Source: Rubripirellula sp. (GTDB taxonomy: Bacteria > Planctomycetota > Planctomycetia > Pirellulales > Pirellulaceae). Taken from it: 64,000 bases of DNA. A model generated the notes under the pieces. That model was not told where the DNA came from, searched no databases, and saw nothing but the letters and a program-made list of their open reading frames with translations. The stretch is from contig JBPCVE010000273.1 of assembly GCA_051010795.1 (NCBI GenBank), positions 128 through 64,127 on the forward strand, written 5' to 3'. The position numbers and the translations under genes are program-made. Positions 1 to 8,644 of this stretch are shown here, piece by piece. Within the stretch, counting starts at the first letter, position 1. Every line of letters begins with the position of its first letter.

Positions 1-465
1 TGCGGAAATCTCGATCGGGTTACCATCGCTGTCATTCACCTTGGACGGGCGCCCCACGGTTCTGCTCTTCTTTCTCAATATTTTTCCTGTCGCCGCATCT
101 TTTTCTTCAGGAGTGGTTTGGGATCCGGTTTCGAAGTTGCGCACCCTGAGGCTAACCTTCTTCTTGGAGAAAAACGGGTTGACCCAGAAAAAACCTGAAT
201 CAACCACCGTACCGCGGTACTCACCAAACAACAGCAACACACGTGATTCATTCGGTGCAATGGCCATCAAACCGGTCAAGCCAAACACACAAACGATAAC
301 CGAGAAGATTCCAAACCCCACCAGAATGCCTCCCCATCCCCCAGCAATCGCGCCACCGACGATTGCCAGAATTGCACCAATGAACAGTAACACAAACCCA
401 GTTAACGGCACCCAGCCTTTCGCGGGTGTCATTCGTTTTTCTTTCACAATCATTCTATTTTCCAT
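1..465 (-). CDS. SPFH/band 7 domain membrane protein, 5' part (runs off the window start)
   Basis: Not in the ORF track. Manual minus-strand translation from ATG 465 (GGAG 7 nt upstream) gives [11 protein letters not shown], two TM helices, then [38 protein letters not shown]...[15 protein letters not shown], typical of bacterial SPFH proteins. Confidence 0.85.
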   Translation of the reverse strand, partial: [155 protein letters not shown]

Positions 466-1329
466 TTCTCTGCTCCGATGGGGTTGCCTCACGCCTTCAC
501 TATTTTGCCACAACAGTCCGTTCGAATTTCGTCGCCTTACTCAGTTGCTCATTGCGTTGGCAACGAAATGAACACAACTGCTGCGCCCGCTGTCTGCTTG
601 CTTGATTCTCAACCACCGATTTTCGCGGGAGCAAAGCTAAACGCCACAGCAAGTGGCTCATCAACTTACAAGGCAATCCAAATCCTAACCATGCGAACTG
701 AAACCACGGGCTCCCAGTGCGACACATAAGCCAAAACGCAACAAGACGCGGCTATTAACCAGTTCCGTCTCTGACGACCATGGAGCGCGCATCTGCTAAC
801 AGAATGCGGGAAATCAGAGAAAGACGCTGACATCCGTATGCTATGCAGCTTGGTGGGACAAAAACTCAGCTCTTGGTATCTGGCGGGACCGGGGAATATC
901 AAGCGGCAGTAGTACACCGCGATTAAACGCAATTGAATCCATTGCAGACACGGTACCCGCGACACCGTGGTCGATGGAGTGACTTTGCGATTAGACCAGA
1001 AGTGATCCCTCAGTAACTGAAACGATATTATATTTTGACCAGCTCGGCTCGGCACCGGTACCGGTACCTGCTCAGGCCCATGATTAATTGGAATCAGATC
1101 ACAGAACTTACGAACATAGCGTTGACCAATTTCTCGATATCCCACGACATCAGAGAAAGATGGCCAGCTTTCTCGCGGAACCTGGCGTGCAACGCAGACA
1201 CAGCGGATTACGAACGCCCCTGACTTGCCTCACGCGTGGCATGATGGTGACTACATCATGGAGACGTTCCATACCAGTAACGTTGGGGCGAACGATAGGA
1301 TTCTTTCTCGACGCGTCTGTGGCAACGGA

Positions 1330-1626
1330 TCACCGTGGTTTGACATGCACCTTCAGTTTCTCTTGCAACAGACTCCAACTATCGCGGATCGCAAATCTCC
1401 GCGTGGTTCCAGTCTCGCTCAATTCCTGCACGGGTTCATGCTCCACAGCTATGGAAGCTTTGAACGGAAACCACTCATCTGGCAGTCGCCGCATCGCTCC
1501 ATGCATCATTTTGCTGTACACCGAGGCTTGGTGACTCTTCTTCTTCAATTGTCGTTTGACATGAGCAAGCTCAAGTTTCAGCAACTCAACCTGCTCCAGC
1601 AATTCAGCTTTACTTAATTCGCTCAT
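1330..1626 (-). CDS. small hypothetical protein with N-terminal coiled coil
   Basis: MSELSKAELLEQVELLKLELAHVKRQLKK has a heptad pattern; GGAG upstream of ATG 1626; no recognisable family. Confidence 0.45.
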   Translation of the reverse strand: MSELSKAELLEQVELLKLELAHVKRQLKKKSHQASVYSKMMHGAMRRLPDEWFPFKASIAVEHEPVQELSETGTTRRFAIRDSWSLLQEKLKVHVKPR

Positions 1627-2059
1627 GACCTTTTCTCCCACACGCATGTCCACCGGGCTGACTACTGATTAACGGATCGGGTTGCCTTCTGTACCCACTG
1701 CACTGCCGCGATGCAGCAATAAATTGCAGCAACAACACCGTCCCTCTGGGGGGTGGCAATGATCACAGCGTTCATCCGGAGGTATCACGACCGTTCTGAC
1801 ATCGAATCACCTCGCTTGCATTGCAGCTGGCAAAATGGCCGAAAATGCGATTGCGTCGACGTAGGTTTTCCCACCGCACTTTCCTTAAGGCACCATCCCA
1901 ACGAAAATCATTCGTGCAATGAATGTTGATTCACGATGAGCATCAACCCTAGTTTGGAGTCTTCAGCGAAATCACACCAGCAGCAACATAACGAGATCAT
2001 GGACCGCAATGAGATTAGACAGAGATCGCAGCACTTTTGAACTAGGCCCAAGATGATGT

Positions 2060-2878
2060 TCAGTCAGGGCGCTGACCTTCAGACAATTTCTGTTCAAACC
2101 GATTGATCACTTCAGGTAGATCAGCGACAGATTCAATCACTTCGTGAGCTCCCGCTGTCGTCAGAGTTGATGCTGCAGCCTCGCATTTTTCGGCGCGTTC
2201 TTTCTGCGAAAGCGACTCAAATTCTTCACGTGACAAGCCAACACAATTTCCCGTGCGACTAATACCAACTGTCCAGCAACCTGCATTGCGTCCGGCCTGA
2301 ACTCCAACGGCTGTATCATCGACTTTGACAATGCTGGCCATGGGATAAATGTCGAGTCGCATGGCTGCTTCATAGAGCAAGAATGGAGCCGGACGTCCCC
2401 TTGGTGCATCTTCTGCGCAAAGCACGCAGTCCGGAGTGTAACCTTGTGGTGTTGCCGCTTCGGTTACGACTTCCATCAACTGTCGTGTGTAACCGGTGGA
2501 AGACCCGATTTTCAGCCCACGTGCTCGCAACTCAGCAACGGCCTCGGCAGCCCCGTCGATCAAACCACAATGTTGATCAAGTGTTTTCAACTGCAGCGGC
2601 AGAAAGTCGGCATACATGGCTTGGATATCGGCATCGGCACACGGTTGACCATACTTGGCCAACCAGGCTTCGGCCACTGTAGGCATCGCAGCAATCGTGG
2701 CGATGTGATCAAGTTTTGCCATTCCCATTGGTTCGCGTGCTTGCGCGACTGTTATTTCCACACCTCGACCGCGAAAGATCTCCTGAAACACAAAAGCTGG
2801 AGCACGACTACCGTAATCCACCATCGTCCCCGCCCAGTCAAGAACGACGCCACGCATGTATTCATATTTAGCATTCAT
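2060..2878 (-). CDS. phnX: phosphonoacetaldehyde hydrolase (phosphonatase)
   Basis: HAD motif DWAGT, Schiff-base Lys motif PMGMAKLDHI, GRPAP and KVDDT; start overlaps the upstream stop (TAATG). Confidence 0.95.
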   Translation of the reverse strand: MNAKYEYMRGVVLDWAGTMVDYGSRAPAFVFQEIFRGRGVEITVAQAREPMGMAKLDHIATIAAMPTVAEAWLAKYGQPCADADIQAMYADFLPLQLKTLDQHCGLIDGAAEAVAELRARGLKIGSSTGYTRQLMEVVTEAATPQGYTPDCVLCAEDAPRGRPAPFLLYEAAMRLDIYPMASIVKVDDTAVGVQAGRNAGCWTVGISRTGNCVGLSREEFESLSQKERAEKCEAAASTLTTAGAHEVIESVADLPEVINRFEQKLSEGQRPD

Positions 2879-4026
2879 TACTTATCACTTTCCCATCGTT
2901 GCCATGCTTGCTCAGCCAAGCCAAAAGACATTGTCATCCCAGCACCACCCGTTCCTACAAACAGATGAACCTTTGGTTCAATCTGCTTTTCGAACACCGG
3001 TAATGTTCCATGTTTGGCATAAATTCCGTGCCAGCGCTGTGTAATTGACCAATCATCCAATTGAATCACTTTTCTTAGTTCATGCAGAATCAGATCATCA
3101 ATCTCGGTCTTATCAAAGGGCGAGATATTCTCACCGTACTCGTGTGAATCCCCCAGCACAACTTCGCCACCGGGAAACACAGATGCCATCACATGAATTC
3201 CATAGTGGTCCAGTAGAGGTGAGTCTTTTTGTATCCGCTCACGCAACTTCTGATGTGCACGGCAGGACTCAAACGAGGTGTAGTGCCTCAATGTCAATCC
3301 GCTCGCAATGTGTGGTGTCTTCTCGTCAATTCCGTCCTGCGGCACGGTCCTCAGCATTTGCAGCTTGCATAATTTCAAATCCGAGGAAGCAAACTCATCG
3401 GGGTAAAGCGTTTGCAAATCGCTTCCACTACAGATAATAACCCGACCAGCATTCCACTGTTTTCCATCAGCAGTCGTGATCTGCCCATCCACCACACTGG
3501 TGACGTGAGTGTTGAAACGACACTCAACCTGGTGCTCTGCAGCCAGCCAGTTCGCGATCGAATGACTCGCTGTTCTGGGATCAACTCTTAGTTCCGTCGG
3601 ACTGTACATGCCACCCAACAGCCCCGTCTGATTCGCCAATCTGGTCCGCTCGGCAATTTGCTGGGCAGTCAGCATGCTGACTTGGTGGGTATGCTGTTGG
3701 CAGAACTCTTGCAGCACATCCAACTCATCTGGTTGATGTGCCAGATGCAAGGAACCACAGGCCTCAACAGAGGTAACCCTCTGGGCTCCCAACTGCATCC
3801 AGAAATCACGTGATTGCAGGGCAATCTGATAGAGGTCCCCTGCAGGCTGGCCTACTGGCCAAATCATGCCAAAATTCCTGACAGAAGCCCCTTGAGCACG
3901 TTGCGTTCTTTCCAGCACCAGAACTGAATGTCCCCGGCTTGCCGCTCGCCAAGCATGAGCAAGTCCGACAATCCCGCCTCCCACAATGGCGACATCGAAG
4001 TCTCCGGGCTGATTATTGCTGGTCAT
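2878..4026 (-). CDS. FAD-dependent oxidoreductase, TIGR03364 type (phosphonate-associated amine oxidase, Pbf-like)
   Basis: GGGIVG dinucleotide motif, GASVRNFGMIWP, GDSHEY, GAGMTMSFGLAE; lies between phnZ and phnX with overlapping start/stop codons. Confidence 0.88.
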   Translation of the reverse strand: MTSNNQPGDFDVAIVGGGIVGLAHAWRAASRGHSVLVLERTQRAQGASVRNFGMIWPVGQPAGDLYQIALQSRDFWMQLGAQRVTSVEACGSLHLAHQPDELDVLQEFCQQHTHQVSMLTAQQIAERTRLANQTGLLGGMYSPTELRVDPRTASHSIANWLAAEHQVECRFNTHVTSVVDGQITTADGKQWNAGRVIICSGSDLQTLYPDEFASSDLKLCKLQMLRTVPQDGIDEKTPHIASGLTLRHYTSFESCRAHQKLRERIQKDSPLLDHYGIHVMASVFPGGEVVLGDSHEYGENISPFDKTEIDDLILHELRKVIQLDDWSITQRWHGIYAKHGTLPVFEKQIEPKVHLFVGTGGAGMTMSFGLAEQAWQRWESDK

Positions 4027-4577
4027 GACTTCTGCGTCTCCAAAACGTTTCTCATGTAGCCTTTGAAATGCTCAATACTGGGCGTGACCATGCCCTCAAC
4101 CTTGGCAAGATCATCCCAACGTCGCAACCGCACGGCATCCCTCCAATGTCGAAAACTCTCAAACTCTTTCATCTCGGCCACCGTAAACGGACCACCTTGC
4201 AAACGAAGGCTTACCTGCGAAGCCTCGCTCAAACGCCCCAGGTAGTCGTCTTCCACCGCACAAAGGTATCGCTTGGCCGCAACATGCAAACGCACAGGAG
4301 TTGCGACTTGGTCACCGAAGGATGACTTAAGGTAAACTTCTCCTAACGCTTCATGCTTGTCATCAACCCCCTGGCCCGAAGAATTTTCAGGCAGATCATG
4401 GATCAGGTGTCCGATATCATGCAATAACGCAGCCACGATCAACAGCGGGGTGGCGTTTTCACTTTCCGCGAGTGTTGCCGCCTGCAGCGCATGCTCTCGC
4501 TGGGAAATCAGTTCACCCCCATAGAGTGAGTCGCCACGCTGAGCAAATAGGCTGACGATGCCTTCAATGATCCTCAT
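4023..4577 (-). CDS. phnZ: HD-domain diiron oxygenase, PhnZ family
   Basis: YGGE-ISQREHALQAA, ALLHDIGH, DDKHE, LHVAAKRYL, SLRLQGGP, LRRWDDLAK; start placed at ATG 4577 (MRIIEG). Confidence 0.88.
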   Translation of the reverse strand: MRIIEGIVSLFAQRGDSLYGGELISQREHALQAATLAESENATPLLIVAALLHDIGHLIHDLPENSSGQGVDDKHEALGEVYLKSSFGDQVATPVRLHVAAKRYLCAVEDDYLGRLSEASQVSLRLQGGPFTVAEMKEFESFRHWRDAVRLRRWDDLAKVEGMVTPSIEHFKGYMRNVLETQKS

Positions 4578-5685
4578 GGCTTGCCCCTGGCCGCACGGCA
4601 ACCCGGATGGGCCGGTGTTTTTCAGCGTATCGAATGGCATGATCGATTTGCTCCAATGAAAACTCGGCTGAGACCAGTTCAGCAAATGGAAAGGACTGAT
4701 GTTGCTCGCTCAGGAACTGTACTGCATCAACAAGATCAGCCGGAGCATAATTGTGAATGCCGTGGATCTGCCAGCACTTCCGAATGACCTGCTCCGGATT
4801 CAGCTTCATGTCATCACACTTCATGACCGATCCGACGAGAACGATTCTGGCACCGATATTCGCAGACTCGATCGCAGACTCAATGGCATCTACAGATCCT
4901 GAAAAATCCATCACGACATCAAATCCACTGGAATCGATCCGGTCGCCAGCTCCAAATTGCTGTGCCAGACTCAAACGTTCGGGTGCAGGATCTGACATCA
5001 CCGTCGCATGAGCCCCCCGATAGGTTGCCACAGCGGCTGCTGTTAAACCAAGCAAGCCCGCCCCAAGCAACAACACCCGTTTTCCCTCCACTGAACCAAC
5101 CGCATTGAATGCAGCCATGACTGTTGCAGTCGCACAATTGGCCGGACAGGCAACATGATCGGGAAGTTCATCGGGCACTTTGATGATCGTCGAATCGTGA
5201 CGCAGTAAAATCGCCTCCGCAAGACCACCGCTAAGTGCAAAGCGTCCCTCGGCTCTGCCATGTCCATATTTGTGAAGGTGACGACATTTCTGAGGCAATC
5301 CACGGCGGCATCGGTCACAGCGTCCACAGGACACACAAATGGACCAGGTGATGCGATCTCCTGGCTTCAGCGGATCCCCATGAACATCCACCGCCGGTTC
5401 GTCTGAAACTTCCTCCACGACACCCAGAATCTCATGACCCAGAATCGAAGGACTCGATTCCTTTCTTCTGCCCGCAATCGTGTGTAAATCACTACCACAC
5501 AGAGTGCAACACACTACCCGCACCAATGTCTCACCAAGCTGAAGCTCTGGCCGCGGCAAGAGACAAAACTCCAAGGGACGCTTTGCCTCGTGAAAAACTG
5601 CCGCGAGCACTCCTTCCTCCGAACTCTCTTCCTGTGAAGTCAAAACCGGAGGGTGATCCTGCTCTGGAGTGAACGATTCTTCCAT
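4564..5685 (-). CDS. zinc-binding alcohol dehydrogenase, phosphonate-catabolism-associated (TIGR03366-like)
   Basis: CGSDLH, GHE, CGRCDRCRRGLPQKC structural Zn site, NCATAT, GAGLLG, HNY; overlaps phnZ by 14 nt; start uncertain. Confidence 0.85.
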   Translation of the reverse strand: MEESFTPEQDHPPVLTSQEESSEEGVLAAVFHEAKRPLEFCLLPRPELQLGETLVRVVCCTLCGSDLHTIAGRRKESSPSILGHEILGVVEEVSDEPAVDVHGDPLKPGDRITWSICVSCGRCDRCRRGLPQKCRHLHKYGHGRAEGRFALSGGLAEAILLRHDSTIIKVPDELPDHVACPANCATATVMAAFNAVGSVEGKRVLLLGAGLLGLTAAAVATYRGAHATVMSDPAPERLSLAQQFGAGDRIDSSGFDVVMDFSGSVDAIESAIESANIGARIVLVGSVMKCDDMKLNPEQVIRKCWQIHGIHNYAPADLVDAVQFLSEQHQSFPFAELVSAEFSLEQIDHAIRYAEKHRPIRVAVRPGASHEDH

Positions 5686-5776
5686 CTTTTTTCTTTCAGT
5701 CACTTTCAGTTTCGAAAATTGACAAGAATCCATCTCAACATCGATCAACATTCAGCGGTGACGAACATCGCCCCCA

Positions 5777-7129
5777 TCAGTCAAGCGTTTCTGCGTGATC
5801 ATTCCCATGCTCGAGCGAATCGACTTTCTGGACAAGCACGCGTTGAAAATACACCAATGCGAGCAGCAAAGCCACAAACGAAAGGACAGCAATCACGGCC
5901 AGAAGTTGCAGGAAGTACGGCAGCACCTCACGGGAATTCCCCACAGAATTACGGGCAACCAGCACCACACCATACCCGAGGTACCCCAGCGAATCTGCCA
6001 CATACAGCAGGAATCCCATGTTGGCGGGTCGACCGGACGCGGCAACCAACCGCTCAAAAACCGTTGTGTGAAATGCAACGTAGGGCAGGTAGAGGCCAAT
6101 TCCACAGGCAATCATGAAACCGAGCGGCCCCAACCACCCCAAATATTGCATCCCCGCAGACGCACCAATCAACACAAAGGCGACACACATCATCCCGAGC
6201 GTGACCCGCAGGGCAGTGAGGTTGTGAGATATCCAGATGGCACCAGCGTTCAAGGCAGTAACACAAATAGCGACGATGAATTCGGACGTTGCATAACCCC
6301 AAGGTTCCTCCGTCACACCCATGTCACGCCAAAGCTCGACACCAAAGTCATCACGCACCGTACGCAATAATGTGATGCCCATATAAACCAGAAGGATCAA
6401 ACAGAAGCCAGGCCAGAAGGCGGTAAAGAAACTCCACCGCGCGGCGCGATCCATTGCCTTTCGTTCTGAACGCTCACGAAGATCACTGACGTCAGGCCGA
6501 GGTGTTTTCTGCAACACCCAGACGGCAACCAACAGCGGAGGAAGAAACAGGAAACCAGTGACCATTGGCATCTGAAACTCATTGACCCCCATGTCCTGAA
6601 TCAACCACTGCCCAATCGACTTCACTGCCCCCGATGACATGATAAAACTCGCGCACAGGACGGCAGACATGGCCTCGGTATGCCGACGGCCTTCCAAGTA
6701 GGACATCACAAGGCCGAAAACCATTCCCAAAGGAAGCCCGTTCCAGAACAACATGATCGGTTTCCAGCCCAAGGGAGCAAACGCAAACCCGACCAGCGCC
6801 AACTCCGCAAATACAATCAGCGCAATGATGGTTCCAGCACGATTGCGTGTCTGCATCTCTGAAACCACTTTGATCCCAATCACTTTCGACAGCATGTATC
6901 CCGTCAATTGCGAAATGACCAGCATGGTCTTCAGACCCAGCACCACCAGTGGGCCGCCAGCGATCGTCAGAAAGCCCAGTTCAACAGCCGGATAATCTTC
7001 GTAGGTTGCTGCAGTGAATGGTTTCCGGAACGCATACATGCAAAAGTAGGTTGAGAATGCAGCAACAGCAGCAATCGCCAAATGAAGTTTCGAATTCAGC
7101 GGGGGCGTATTCGGCCTGGGCGTCTTCAT
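5777..7129 (-). CDS. DUF5690-family polytopic membrane protein (MFS-like; probable phosphonate transporter)
   Basis: About 12 hydrophobic segments; YFCMYAFRKPF, GYMLSKVIGIK, NGLPLGMVFG, YLEGRR, YVADSLGYLG; first gene of the phosphonate operon. Confidence 0.8.
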   Translation of the reverse strand: MKTPRPNTPPLNSKLHLAIAAVAAFSTYFCMYAFRKPFTAATYEDYPAVELGFLTIAGGPLVVLGLKTMLVISQLTGYMLSKVIGIKVVSEMQTRNRAGTIIALIVFAELALVGFAFAPLGWKPIMLFWNGLPLGMVFGLVMSYLEGRRHTEAMSAVLCASFIMSSGAVKSIGQWLIQDMGVNEFQMPMVTGFLFLPPLLVAVWVLQKTPRPDVSDLRERSERKAMDRAARWSFFTAFWPGFCLILLVYMGITLLRTVRDDFGVELWRDMGVTEEPWGYATSEFIVAICVTALNAGAIWISHNLTALRVTLGMMCVAFVLIGASAGMQYLGWLGPLGFMIACGIGLYLPYVAFHTTVFERLVAASGRPANMGFLLYVADSLGYLGYGVVLVARNSVGNSREVLPYFLQLLAVIAVLSFVALLLALVYFQRVLVQKVDSLEHGNDHAETLD

Positions 7130-7640
7130 CAAAGCTTCACTTCCCAAAGAGGCAGAAAGAAGTTCAACCGACAGAAACCCGACGTCTGGCCGCGTTTCGT
7201 GCACCATTCATACCAACTGGCCGCTCCTGCCGTAACCGTCACGAGGCGGAGTTGGCAAAATCCGATGGGGGATGCACTCAATTTCGATCATGAAAGCCCC
7301 GCAATGCTTCCATCCAAGTCTGACAGCCCGCAATTCAGCTGAATCTCTGGGAGAAAATCTGTTCCGCCTCCGTGGTTTCCACTCTGGTTGTGAAATATTT
7401 CCTTCGCCCAACAGAGTGAGAGATCAGCGTGTCGAAATGCAAACGATTAACCACACATGCGGATGAACGGGGTCTTGGACCGGACATTGAAGGGTACAAC
7501 ACATCCTTGAAGAGCTGGGACCGTTGCCACCCTCAACGCTCTCACGTCCTGCTCCACATGCACCGAGATGTTATGATCCTCGCACTCCAGCGTTTGACTG
7601 GGGATTCACGCAGAAAAGATAAACAAACAGGTACTGCAAC

Positions 7641-8480
7641 ATGACTGACATGTCGGTCTTGATCATGATCGTCTCAGCGGCCGCGATCATATTTTTTGTC
7701 AAATTTGGTCTACTGCGTGGAATTGATAATATCGCCAATGCGATGTCATGGAGTGCGAAATCACGCGGTCAGGCAACCGGGTACGCAACTTCAGTGCCTG
7801 AATTGGTTTGCCTGGTATCGGCAGGGCTGGCAGGGGTCTGGGAAGCAGGCCTTTGGAATATCGCCAGTTCCAACATCATCAACTCCGGGCTGATGCTCTG
7901 CGCTGTGCTGTTTTACCGCCAATTTGGCGAACTGTTGAATGTTCGATTCATCGACGAAATTGGATTCGCAAGCTTGGCGGTGCTGATCCCCATTTTGCTG
8001 ATGCACTTTGGCATGGACCAGCAATGGTACCTCGTGCCCATCCTGCTCGGCTTCTTTGTGATCTATCGCTTTGTTGATCGCAGGATTAACCGGGTATCTC
8101 CCGATGCGATCAGTGATTCTGAGTCGGAAGAGCCAGCTGTGGGCAGTCTGCCATTTGGAATCATTCTGGGCATCTGTGCGTTGGTCGCCATCGCAATCGC
8201 GGGAATATTCCTGGGTGATGCGACCGCCAAAGTGGTTGACGAAATGGATGTGAGCCCCGAAGCGGCGGGCTGGATCCTTGGTGTCGTAACGAGCATCCCA
8301 GAACTGGTCAGTTTCTTTGCCATCTATGCAGCCTCCAAACGTGCAGGGAAATCTCATTCCCTCAATGATACCCAGGAAGCCCTCGATAACCTGACAGGTT
8401 CCAATATGGCGAACGTCAGCATCGTCTATCCGGTGGGACTCGCAGCTTATTTGCTGGCCCAACTGACCATGGGCAGCTGA
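7641..8480 (+). CDS. Ca2+/cation antiporter (Na/Ca exchanger superfamily) membrane protein
   Basis: Two alpha-repeat motifs, ATSVPEL...NIASSNIIN and VTSIPEL...NLTGSNMAN; multiple TM helices. Confidence 0.75.
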   Translation: MTDMSVLIMIVSAAAIIFFVKFGLLRGIDNIANAMSWSAKSRGQATGYATSVPELVCLVSAGLAGVWEAGLWNIASSNIINSGLMLCAVLFYRQFGELLNVRFIDEIGFASLAVLIPILLMHFGMDQQWYLVPILLGFFVIYRFVDRRINRVSPDAISDSESEEPAVGSLPFGIILGICALVAIAIAGIFLGDATAKVVDEMDVSPEAAGWILGVVTSIPELVSFFAIYAASKRAGKSHSLNDTQEALDNLTGSNMANVSIVYPVGLAAYLLAQLTMGS

Positions 8481-8487
8481 TTCAGGA

Positions 8488-8518
8488 CGTGCGTCCCGCG
8501 TTCGGCGTGCGCCCCGCG
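8488..8518. repeat. imperfect tandem repeat, 18-bp period
   Basis: cgtgcgtcccgcg (8488) and cgtgcgccccgcg (8506), just after the stop at 8480. Confidence 0.6.
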
Positions 8519-8644
8519 AACGAACTTCCCAGACTGCTGGATCTGCAGACCTCAGCGCAAGCCCGCCATTAGCCGCTGGCAAAGTCCACCACGGCACTCC
8601 AAATCGCATACAATCCAAACTTTCTCCGCCGATGCAGGAATCCC

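Noticed and set aside
41-571. 176-aa plus-strand ORF
   Set aside because: Antisense shadow of the minus-strand SPFH gene.
1137-1173. Minus-strand RKLAIF / FSDVVGY across a frameshift, resembling the start of a class III nucleotide cyclase
   Set aside because: No downstream GD or other cyclase motifs could be recovered; too short to support.
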